Source of the DNA: a virus
Lineage: Duplodnaviria > Caudoviricetes
IMG/VR virus record: IMGVR_UViG_3300025305_000023
Span: 1-55,121 of that record
Direction: 5' to 3' (one strand)
Length of the DNA stretch: 55,121 nt
The notes beneath the pieces were generated by a model. The model had not been told where the DNA came from. It saw nothing but the letters and a program-made list of their open reading frames with translations, and did no database searches. The position numbers and the translations under genes were made by a program. Below are positions 1 to 9,409 of the stretch, one piece after another. Every line of letters begins with the position of its first letter. Position 1 is the stretch's first letter.

Positions 1-1
1 A

Positions 2-3000
2 CCAAGGACAGTCGGGCCCAACATCACCGGGGCAAGTTATATTATCACTGCAATCTTCACAAGTCCATCCATATTTTGTGCCACCAGCAGGTATACCATC
101 GCACAAAGGTTGGTCTATGCACATTGTATCTGTACCAGCCCAGTGGCCACCCATATCTAAACACACCATAATATCTTTTGTCATCACACAATCATGATAG
201 TACACCCCATCTTGTACAGCACATCCACAACAAGCACCCCATCCAGTGTCTCCACAACCCAAATTGTCTTTAATAGAATCAGGTACTTCATCTATTGTTT
301 TAAATCTTGGTGATAAGGGAACTCCCAATTTCCCACTAAGCGCAAAATCGGCATTTAAACACTCTTCCCAAGTATCTGTTTCTATTAGACCCAGCCTCTT
401 TGTACAACACACAATTTTATCTAATTCACATTGCTCTGGATATAGTGGATCATAATTCCTAATCTCCATCCACTCTGAATCGTCGTCACTCATCGGCACC
501 GGAACCTGTTGACAACTCTTTCCACAACAACCATAACCTGCCGCCGGTGGGACCAGATCCATCCTTGGCGCATCAACACCATATGCAACAGTATCAACGG
601 GTTCAAAATGTCCCATGTGTGCGTCACACACAGCATGCGTCATGTAACAATCTGAATATACGGGCCTTTCATCTATTACTACATCATCATCGTTGTATAG
701 TTTTAAATCTAGATCATCCAGGAATGCTCCCACCGCCTCTGGACTTTGATTTTCATTTAAGTGAGCCATGAAATCATATTCTCCACCGTAAGTTGGTCCC
801 ATACAACACCTACCACGTTTTGCACAAGTAGTGCAATAATAATCAACGGCACCAATTTTCAGCCATGGCACTGCTGAATTATTGTGGAATTTAAAATAAT
901 TGTTATCAATACGACAATCTTTACACATACGATCATAAGGACTTCCTCCTCCGCCGGACCCTGTGTAATCACAAATTTGGCAATTTAATATCTTCGTCCA
1001 CGACAATCGAACCTCACATGTATAAAATCCTTCAAAATTACTCCATATAATCGAAGGCGGTCCCTGACTCGCCCAGAAATCTGCATCCCACAAATCATGT
1101 ATTATTGTATCTTCACCGTATGAACCAGGTGGAAACTCACCAACCTCAGTTTGACCATATGTACCAAAGCGATGTGTATGACCTGGCCACCAATGCCATT
1201 GCATAAAATTCCAATCAAATGTGTTGCTAGGAGAATCAGTAGGATCAATACGAGGATCTAATATTCTAGATCTAAAGTTAAAACGATGTGGATCATCTCC
1301 AGGATCCCAGCCCCACGCAAACAAGCACCACACATCATCTGAGTCAACTACACCATCTTCATTACAATCACAATCAGGTCCACACTCACCCAAACGAGAA
1401 ATCAAATCAAGTAAATCATTAACCCCGCCTGTTTCATACCAAGTGTTAACAGAATAGATTATATCATCACAAGTACATGCCACCCCATCACATATTCCAT
1501 ACCACTTTTCATTCACTCCCATACAGTCCATCTTATAAGTCTCATCTCGGCAAGTTCCTCGGTATTTGTCGCAGCATGCTCCGAAATTACAAGTTTCATC
1601 ACTGCATTCTAACCCTTCCATGAACATGCCACCCTTCATGGCACAATCTAACATGTTTGTTTCATCACAGTATGGTTCAGGATAATCCGGGTCATCATCA
1701 ACACAACATGCACCAAATAATACTGGTCTTTCCGGTACTGCACCCTCGCAACAACATTCCCAACAAGTATTATCTGCCAATATCATAGTTCCTGATGATT
1801 GTGTTTCACCCGTAGAACAAACTCCAATCTCACATTCACCACAATCTGCCCCGTCGCATGCACATATGCTGACCTCGTTGCCTTCTCCATCATAACAAGG
1901 GAACTGCTCCCCCAGTCGCTGCCAACCCGGACATTGCGCCCTACACGGAGGCAATTCACCGTCAGGACACAATCCATCTTCATCTAATGGTTCGCTTATT
2001 ATTCCATCATCCATCAAACATTCATAAGGTGCATATGCTTCAGTGTTTCTTTTTGGTCCGGCGCAACTAGAGCCAGTCCCCCAAAATACACCAGGAGTTC
2101 CATCAACCGAAAATAATGTACTGCAAATATATGGTGACGTTTCATAACACATCTCGTCAACACAACAACCGCCAAGTTGAGCAAAACAACAATTGTATGT
2201 TTTACATGTTTTACCTGCGGACCATGTACTATTTGGTTCAAATGAACATTCTACCTCAGTCAAATCATAACATAAGTTACCAACACAACATGCACCATGA
2301 TCTTCACATGTTGCTGGACACCCACCAAGTTCATATTCTACTTCTTCACAATCAGTATTATCAATATAAAAACCACCAAACAATGTACATTTCTCAGAGT
2401 TTGTATTTATGCAACTACCACCTACACAACAAGCACTACCCTTATAGCAACCCGGTCCTTCTGGTCTATTTGCGCATGGAATAGTGTTGAAACTGCCACC
2501 AATAGAATCGCAATAAATATCAGTTGTAAAATCTAAGCAATCGGGAATAGTTCCCTCTCTTTCAGGAAAATCTGGATCACTGCTAACCATTTTACAATAA
2601 CAACAAGAACCGATCCTAGTTGGGGGAACATAAGGAGTCGCAAATATCGTGTCACCAAATGTATGAATTATATCAGCACTGAGTCCTTCGTTATCACTAG
2701 TCGTTCCCATATGCAACCCACTCTTAACACTCTTAATTATCGTTGATGTGCCTGGCAGACTCGGTTGCGTTACAATGTAGGAAAAGGGAATAATAGATCC
2801 GTCTAAAAATCCAGAATTAACATTTTCGGTTGTGTTTATTGGATTGGGGCCTTCTGGTGCAACAAGAACATTATAATTATTATTGGATATAGTTTCTCGG
2901 TAATTTTCTAGTCTTGCAACCAATCTAGTACCGTCCCAATGTGTATTCTTAACACCTTGAGCAGATGCTCCACTAAAAGAATAAACCAACTCGCCAGTAT

Positions 3001-4924
3001 TACCAATAATGCCACCTGAACTAATATATTCATTTCCGGCAAGAAGAATAGTATAATCGTTTGTAGAATTTATTGATATAGCATTACCACTAACAGTTAA
3101 GGTTCTAAAATATGCAGTTGCACCCTCTCTGGTTTTATAAATTTTACCATAGTTAAGACTCTCTTGACTTGGTACAGCCCCCACATTTTCGCCAGCATTC
3201 GTGATTGTATATTCATAATTATAATCAGTCCCCGTTGGTCCTTTTGCACCACTAACACCAATTGAATATTCTAATTTTCTACCCCACCACTCTGTATCAT
3301 AATCAGACTCATCTCTGACATCAGAAATAGTAATATTTAAATAATCTTCAGATAATATAAAGGCAGAACCGACCGTGGGGGCACCCCCAGTAAATCCAGA
3401 CGGCGCGCCAACCGCAATATCCCCTCCCCTGTAGGATATCTTTATTCCCCATCCAATACCTGTAACACTATCGCCAGCAATCCCACCCTCATCGACCCAC
3501 ACATAATTCTTAGATGGATATATAATATCTTTTAATACGAACTTCGATGGCCCCCCGGCTTGACTTTCATCTTTATAGATATACACTCTGCCAGGTGAGC
3601 CGTCAGTAGCATTGTTATGGTTTCCGGCACCACACGCACCAATAACAAGAATGTTTTTCCACAGATCAACACCATGTCCAAAATTTGCACCCGCTTCTGG
3701 AAATGGATTATCTATTAATTGACTATGTGTCCAGTTTCCATCACTATTTCTCCTATAAACAAAAACAGATCCATTATAAGCACCATAATTTGCATTCTCC
3801 CCCACCTTTAAGTTTTCATGTCCCGGAGGATAGTTGATCCCCTTCCGTGGGATCAAATGACCATTTATACTATTTGGCGAACCAGCAACAGCAATATCTT
3901 TATGAATCGCAGAATCTAAACCAAGAGAAGGCTTGTAGGGTCCGGGCTCGCAGGGCGACCCCGACTCGCATATTCCTTTTTTATAAAACACCCTTTGCCA
4001 TGTACTATCTGTATATTCATATATTGTAATGCCACCCATATACGCATCATCGGCGTGTGCTGCCAGTATCATTCTGTCTTCAGTAATTTGACTATCACTG
4101 AACCCACTAATGCCCCCATCATCTGTTGAGGAGGTCCATCCTCTTATTTCATCCAGTGTCTTAGCAGTCCATGTTGTATTTTCAGTCCAAGTATCTCCGC
4201 TATCGGATGTGGTAAAATGCCAAATGAATGCTGATTGCGTGTCGCTGCCCTGCCCCGGTGCTTTTGAAAAGAAAAGAGAGTTTGTTTTAGCATCAACTAA
4301 ACATGCACCCCGTCCTACTTTTCTCCAGGTGGATTGAACACCAGGGGCCCCTATTTCTTGTACCTGTGTCCACACTTCTGTAGAATAATCTCTTTTCCAC
4401 ACATATACAGCACCGGTTGCATTGCCGCCGACTTCTGCCCCTTCTGCACCAGCGACAACCACAACATCCCCGTTATCAAAAATAGTAATATCTGTATTTC
4501 GACCCGTTGCCCAACCATCACCAACGCCGATGGGTGATAGATCTATTTCATTATACCAATTAGAACCGGCTGTACATCCGGCAGTGTTTCCTTTTTTGTA
4601 TACCCGTACTCTACCACCACCCGTATTGTGTCTCGGATCACCGAAAATTTTATAATCACCCGCTTCCCTTATTCCGTACTTACCAAATTTATCACTAACA
4701 CCACCATCACCATCAGCAGGAGGATTAGATCCCTCTATCGCATAACTTTCACCAAACAAAGAAATATTTGATATGCCACTTCCTATTGGTCCAGCAGGGC
4801 CAGTATGTCCAGTGGCTCCGGTAGCCCCGGTGGCTCCAATGGCTCCGATAGGACCGCTGGGCCCGGCGAAGCCAAGCGAACCAGTGATATCTTCTATTCT
4901 GCTTGATCCGTATGTTCTTATCAT
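2..4924 (-). CDS. Giant tail fibre/adhesin (>=1641 aa, 3' end outside window): collagen-like N-terminus, FG-GAP-like propeller, Cys-rich GACC repeats
   Basis: Absent from the ORF track, most likely because it runs off the window edge. ATG at 4924 gives MIRTYGSSRIEDITGSLGFAGPSGPIGAIGATGATGATGHTGPAGP..., then 'VVVVAGAEGAEVGGNATGAVYVWKR' (FG-GAP-like) and later 'LFGACCVDDDP'. The same frame is open at positions 2-4. I spot-checked rather than translated every codon. Confidence 0.85.
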   Translation of the reverse strand, partial: MIRTYGSSRIEDITGSLGFAGPSGPIGAIGATGATGATGHTGPAGPIGSGISNISLFGESYAIEGSNPPADGDGGVSDKFGKYGIREAGDYKIFGDPRHNTGGGRVRVYKKGNTAGCTAGSNWYNEIDLSPIGVGDGWATGRNTDITIFDNGDVVVVAGAEGAEVGGNATGAVYVWKRDYSTEVWTQVQEIGAPGVQSTWRKVGRGACLVDAKTNSLFFSKAPGQGSDTQSAFIWHFTTSDSGDTWTENTTWTAKTLDEIRGWTSSTDDGGISGFSDSQITEDRMILAAHADDAYMGGITIYEYTDSTWQRVFYKKGICESGSPCEPGPYKPSLGLDSAIHKDIAVAGSPNSINGHLIPRKGINYPPGHENLKVGENANYGAYNGSVFVYRRNSDGNWTHSQLIDNPFPEAGANFGHGVDLWKNILVIGACGAGNHNNATDGSPGRVYIYKDESQAGGPSKFVLKDIIYPSKNYVWVDEGGIAGDSVTGIGWGIKISYRGGDIAVGAPSGFTGGAPTVGSAFILSEDYLNITISDVRDESDYDTEWWGRKLEYSIGVSGAKGPTGTDYNYEYTITNAGENVGAVPSQESLNYGKIYKTREGATAYFRTLTVSGNAISINSTNDYTILLAGNEYISSGGIIGNTGELVYSFSGASAQGVKNTHWDGTRLVARLENYRETISNNNYNVLVAPEGPNPINTTENVNSGFLDGSIIPFSYIVTQPSLPGTSTIIKSVKSGLHMGTTSDNEGLSADIIHTFGDTIFATPYVPPTRIGSCCYCKMVSSDPDFPEREGTIPDCLDFTTDIYCDSIGGSFNTIPCANRPEGPGCYKGSACCVGGSCINTNSEKCTLFGGFYIDNTDCEEVEYELGGCPATCEDHGACCVGNLCYDLTEVECSFEPNSTWSAGKTCKTYNCCFAQLGGCCVDEMCYETSPYICSTLFSVDGTPGVFWGTGSSCAGPKRNTEAYAPYECLMDDGIISEPLDEDGLCPDGELPPCRAQCPGWQRLGEQFPCYDGEGNEVSICACDGADCGECEIGVCSTGETQSSGTMILADNTCWECCCEGAVPERPVLFGACCVDDDPDYPEPYCDETNMLDCAMKGGMFMEGLECSDETCNFGACCDKYRGTCRDETYKMDCMGVNEKWYGICDGVACTCDDIIYSVNTWYETGGVNDLLDLISRLGECGPDCDCNEDGVVDSDDVWCLFAWGWDPGDDPHRFNFRSRILDPRIDPTDSPSNTFDWNFMQWHWWPGHTHRFGTYGQTEVGEFPPGSYGEDTIIHDLWDADFWASQGPPSIIWSNFEGFYTCEVRLSWTKILNCQICDYTGSGGGGSPYDRMCKDCRIDNNYFKFHNNSAVPWLKIGAVDYYCTTCAKRGRCCMGPTYGGEYDFMAHLNENQSPEAVGAFLDDLDLKLYNDDDVVIDERPVYSDCYMTHAVCDAHMGHFEPVDTVAYGVDAPRMDLVPPAAGYGCCGKSCQQVPVPMSDDDSEWMEIRNYDPLYPEQCELDKIVCCTKRLGLIETDTWEECLNADFALSGKLGVPLSPRFKTIDEVPDSIKDNLGCGDTGWGACCGCAVQDGVYYHDCVMTKDIMVCLDMGGHWAGTDTMCIDQPLCDGIPAGGTKYGWTCEDCSDNITCPGDVGPDCPW

Positions 4925-4945
4925 CTATTATATATTCATCTCCAA

Positions 4946-7900
4946 TTATTTTTGATTAATACCCTTATCAGAATCACGAAGAAGATTTGGCAACTTCCAA
5001 AGTTTTTCGTTTTCTGATCCACCAGTAGCATATAACCCATCTGCTCTGATTATTCTTATAGGTCTAACTTGATATTTCTGTTCTATTCTATTCTTCTTAC
5101 CAAACGAGAAATTATTTTTGTTTCCATCCGCATCAAACTCTACCGCCCATGCAAGAGTTCCAGGGTCAGCAGTCAATCCTGAAGTATCTAATCTAATAAT
5201 ACCTTCACCAACACCAGCATTAAATCCTTTATTTTCATCGAATGCTCCTGTAGATGTCCAGTACCACCCATCAAAAGGAATTCCTTCATCGTGCGTAAAG
5301 AGATGATAATTGAGATTAAAATTATACGGGGAATCATCTATACAATTTGCTGCGATAAATGACATTTCATCATAACTTGGAACATACCACGATGAAAGTT
5401 GTGGTATATTTCCACCAGTAATGCCCTCAATACCTCCCGTATCGCCTGTTCCAGATATGTGATCGGAGAACAATCTAGCAACGCGAATAGATGACATGTA
5501 AGAACCTGTTAATCCTGGTCCAAATTGATCTGAACTAAATGCACCGCTAACACCATATCCTTGTGAAAGTGCATTATCCGCACTAATAATTCGTATATTA
5601 TTATACAGCCCCCAATTGCGATGCCAAAGACCATGTGCAGATTGCACTGGTTTTCTAAGAAGAGTTTCAATAACACTATCATCCGTTCGTCTTATTTTTC
5701 TACATGACGGGAAAGTATAAGTTGAGATGTTATTTGCCGATCCAGTATACCCATGCATATACCAATATCCCTCAGACATATCAAATATTCTATTATAAGA
5801 AGTGTTCAAATCATTAAATTTATTTATGTTTTGATTATACAACGGACCCCATGCGCTTCCCCGGTTTCCCCAATAAAATTCTTGTGTTGCACCCGGATGA
5901 TCGTTTAAATTTACCACATCTCTGTCGCCTGTTATTGCAATTGGTGAAAGAGATGTGATTATATAATATGCATCAGGAATACTATCATTTATGTTACTGT
6001 CCAATGGACCAAGATCTGAACAACTTCTATCAGCACTAAAACCATAACCACAATAATCATATTTTGATCTATAAATATCAGCAGTATATCCCGAATCAGA
6101 TGTTGATCCAGTAGCACCCATCATAAGATGTCGCCAGTGTGTATTATTATCGCCACCAAAATATTTATTGCCGAGCAGCACAGAACCAAATGGACGGTAT
6201 AAACCAACTACCATACCGCCGCCATATATGTCACCTGGTTTTAATTTTAATGGAATGACACTTGTGCTTCTTCCAACCCTACGACTACTGCATATAGTAT
6301 CCGCACACTTTGTTCCATGACCCGCATACACATTTCCTCCATCTATACACAATGCACCAGAGTATGTATCAACACAACTGTTAGAATTACAACACGCACC
6401 TGTTCCACCAGAACACACATCTGTACCATTATTAAGAACACACGAAGAACCAATACCCAAGAAATAGCCACCACTATTTACACAATCTATTTTTGTTTTA
6501 TAATCACAATAACCAACACCATCACAACATGCACCCTTTTTGGTCTGAATACTGTTACAATACACATCTGAGCAATCTAAATTTATTCCTCCAAATTGAG
6601 TGGTAACATTCAACATACTACCCAGATTAATACATTCATTGATGTCTAAATCATCAAAACATTCAATGCTGTTCTGATCCCCATAATGAACACAACACGG
6701 TCCTACACCATAACAAGAACCTGTAGCCCCCGTAGAACCGCATTTTACTCCCGATCCCATAAAATAACCAGAACACAACGCTAATGTTGTATGAATACAT
6801 TTTCCATCACCCATACAACAAGCACCTGTTGATCCTGTAGTTCCAGTTGAAGATATATGAATCTGAGGATAATCAACTACACCACCTCTAAAACCTGCTG
6901 GTTCGCCCATTTCTTCGTTACACCAAAAGGGTTTTTCATCTTTCATGTCGGTATCAGATGAACGCCATTGTACAACATTCCCATGCCATGATACCCCATC
7001 AGGACAAATATCAAAATTGTCAGGATTTTCTGGATCACTTGCTCGTTTTTCACAAGGCAACCAGAAAAAATTAAAGATGTCTGTTCCACCACTAAAACAA
7101 GGTTGATTATCATAAGGCCAAATTGTATTTTTGAACCTATAATCAAGAAATGCTGAATTGGTTGCTCCATGAACTATAAGAGAAAAGGATTTACTTAATT
7201 TTTTGTTGTCGTGATCTGAATTGCCCGTGTAACCAAACGATGCAGCCGTAATACCAACAATTACTCTCCTATCATCACTTGAAAGGTCGGGCCCGGCTCC
7301 TGGCAACGGCCACACCTGAAACATATCAAGAATAAATGTTTTGTGCTTGTTAGGATCAACTGTACCAGAAAACAAATATTCCGGCTCACTTCCAACATTA
7401 ATATTATAAAAATCCTTTGTGGTATCTGTTGTAGACACTTCAAAATATTTGGATCGTTCTTTATAACCCTTTATTTTTAATTCAAGAGATTTTGTTTTAT
7501 TGTCGTAAGTTGTACCCGTAAACCCATACAAAGATGAATTGCTCGTCTTAAAACCAACTAACTGACCCGTACTACCAGATACTAAGTTGGCATATCCCGC
7601 AGCAGTATTACCCAAATCATAATGAATATTAATAGTGTTGAGAGATTCATCTTGTATTAAACTAATACTACCACCACGAACCTCAAGAGACTTGATGGTA
7701 ATATTATTGTTGTCTATGTTTACATAGTTGTCTTCTTTATATACAGTAGCACCACCCCGAGGAGCAGAAGACCCCCAAGTGTTACCCCCGTCTATTATTA
7801 CATAAGTGTTTCCGGTTGGTCCTTGAATTTTTGTTGTGGTAGTATATCCAGCAGTTTTACCATCCGAAAGTGCAAATATTGTATGAAGTTTATCCGTATT

Positions 7901-8065
7901 GACAATATAAGCATCGATGATATGACCGCCGCTCAAACCAGTGGGCCCGATTGCGCCTCTTCCAGAGGGACCAGTAGGGCCAGTAGGGCCAGTAGGTCCA
8001 GTGGGTCCAGTAATTCCTGTTACTGAACTTGGTTGAAAGAAACTACTACCACGAATAACTACCAT
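4946..8065 (-). CDS. Tail fibre/receptor-binding protein: (GPT)n N-terminus, GACC Cys repeats, C-terminal Lcl/DUF1566-like (C-type lectin fold) domain
   Basis: GPTGPTGPT collagen-like start; 4 G[AP]CC repeats; C-terminal WYVPSYDEM...YWTST...AWAVEF...VRPIR motifs. Confidence 0.75.
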   Translation of the reverse strand: MVVIRGSSFFQPSSVTGITGPTGPTGPTGPTGPSGRGAIGPTGLSGGHIIDAYIVNTDKLHTIFALSDGKTAGYTTTTKIQGPTGNTYVIIDGGNTWGSSAPRGGATVYKEDNYVNIDNNNITIKSLEVRGGSISLIQDESLNTINIHYDLGNTAAGYANLVSGSTGQLVGFKTSNSSLYGFTGTTYDNKTKSLELKIKGYKERSKYFEVSTTDTTKDFYNINVGSEPEYLFSGTVDPNKHKTFILDMFQVWPLPGAGPDLSSDDRRVIVGITAASFGYTGNSDHDNKKLSKSFSLIVHGATNSAFLDYRFKNTIWPYDNQPCFSGGTDIFNFFWLPCEKRASDPENPDNFDICPDGVSWHGNVVQWRSSDTDMKDEKPFWCNEEMGEPAGFRGGVVDYPQIHISSTGTTGSTGACCMGDGKCIHTTLALCSGYFMGSGVKCGSTGATGSCYGVGPCCVHYGDQNSIECFDDLDINECINLGSMLNVTTQFGGINLDCSDVYCNSIQTKKGACCDGVGYCDYKTKIDCVNSGGYFLGIGSSCVLNNGTDVCSGGTGACCNSNSCVDTYSGALCIDGGNVYAGHGTKCADTICSSRRVGRSTSVIPLKLKPGDIYGGGMVVGLYRPFGSVLLGNKYFGGDNNTHWRHLMMGATGSTSDSGYTADIYRSKYDYCGYGFSADRSCSDLGPLDSNINDSIPDAYYIITSLSPIAITGDRDVVNLNDHPGATQEFYWGNRGSAWGPLYNQNINKFNDLNTSYNRIFDMSEGYWYMHGYTGSANNISTYTFPSCRKIRRTDDSVIETLLRKPVQSAHGLWHRNWGLYNNIRIISADNALSQGYGVSGAFSSDQFGPGLTGSYMSSIRVARLFSDHISGTGDTGGIEGITGGNIPQLSSWYVPSYDEMSFIAANCIDDSPYNFNLNYHLFTHDEGIPFDGWYWTSTGAFDENKGFNAGVGEGIIRLDTSGLTADPGTLAWAVEFDADGNKNNFSFGKKNRIEQKYQVRPIRIIRADGLYATGGSENEKLWKLPNLLRDSDKGINQK

Positions 8066-8077
8066 TTTAAATCTCTC

Positions 8078-9394
8078 TTACTCTACTCTGGAGATTCTTG
8101 TTTGAAATTTATTTGCTTCAGAAGAAGCAGGGGTATTATTTATTTTAATATTTAAGTCTGCCACTGCATCAGCAATCTCCTTAACAGTTGCTGTTAGATC
8201 AGTTACGATATGTGTAGAATTTCCTACATCAAACTGGTTTCTAACCGTTATGGTATTAAATGTGGCATTAGGAACCAAAGTCACTGAAAGTCCCTTACCA
8301 TCTGCTGGAACTTTTAAGAAGAGAACTTCTTGGACAGTTATAGCATTATTATTTATATCCACATACGATGCAACTGGATTTCTTGAGTACACTTTGGGGA
8401 GTGCGAATGCTGTAATGACGGAATAAGAAATATCATAAGTGGATGTGCCAATATGTATTTTTTTACTATCCTGCAATGTCCCCACACCCTCTAACCACAA
8501 CACACTCGTAGATCTGTCTGCATCTACAACAATATAACGCCCAATTACTTTACCATCTGGGCCTTTTTGTGTGGCACGTTTTTTTATAATTGTAGATAAT
8601 GCCGAATCTATACATTCTACTGTGACTTTATATCTAACACCTGCTCGTTTACCAAATGTTTTATACGATTTGATAAATGTGTCTCCAGAATAATCTTTAT
8701 CATCAATTCTTAAAGAAAACCATCGTCTTATAGTAGCATTGTACCAACCGTTTTCAATTAAAGATAACCCATCATCTCCACCAAAAAGAAGTTGGTTACT
8801 TTGCGCACCCGCAGGTTCTGAAAACTCTTCTTCTCCACTAACATTTCCACCTATTTGATAGCCAATATAATTTGTCACCTGTCCTGTATAATTCCCATCG
8901 GGTGCAACTTGAAAAATTGGTTTTGCAATAGTGCTGGGTGTTGCTGGTGCTAAGTTTTGTAATTTACCTGCCGTAATCTCACTCAAAAAGTAAATATCAT
9001 TTCCACCACTTGCTCCTGCAATATTAGTTCCATCAGGATCCATATCAGGATCTACATGTGTTGCATTAATAACTTTAGCAAGAGGATATTTAATCTGTCC
9101 TGATAATACTACCTCAACCGAATTGTTATCAGCATCAATTGATTCTACAACACCGACAACTTCTGCATGTTGCGCAACATCGCCTTGTGATTTTGTATAA
9201 TATGATGTTAACGGATTATACCTAATAGCATCACCAGTTGTAATACCATGACACATTTCGGGACACTCTCCAACAACACCACCAGAAAAACCTGACAGCG
9301 GTATAGTCATTAACAACCTAGCACCACTATGCGTGATGTTAGTGATGTTAACATTTCCGCTTAGGTTTGAACTATTACTATTACAACTTGGCAT
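8078..9394 (-). CDS. Virion structural protein (tail-fibre associated)
   Basis: In the fibre operon; 'AEVVGVVE...SGQI...IYFLS...G.L...KP' module shared with the neighbouring 786-aa protein. Confidence 0.6.
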   Translation of the reverse strand: MPSCNSNSSNLSGNVNITNITHSGARLLMTIPLSGFSGGVVGECPEMCHGITTGDAIRYNPLTSYYTKSQGDVAQHAEVVGVVESIDADNNSVEVVLSGQIKYPLAKVINATHVDPDMDPDGTNIAGASGGNDIYFLSEITAGKLQNLAPATPSTIAKPIFQVAPDGNYTGQVTNYIGYQIGGNVSGEEEFSEPAGAQSNQLLFGGDDGLSLIENGWYNATIRRWFSLRIDDKDYSGDTFIKSYKTFGKRAGVRYKVTVECIDSALSTIIKKRATQKGPDGKVIGRYIVVDADRSTSVLWLEGVGTLQDSKKIHIGTSTYDISYSVITAFALPKVYSRNPVASYVDINNNAITVQEVLFLKVPADGKGLSVTLVPNATFNTITVRNQFDVGNSTHIVTDLTATVKEIADAVADLNIKINNTPASSEANKFQTRISRVE

Positions 9395-9409
9395 TAGTGA
9401 TTACTCCAT

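Noticed and set aside
1-4924. Apparent absence of a long ORF suggesting genetic-code reassignment or a non-coding region
   Set aside because: One minus-strand frame is coherent from ATG 4924 to the window edge, and other genes end normally in TAA, TAG and TGA.
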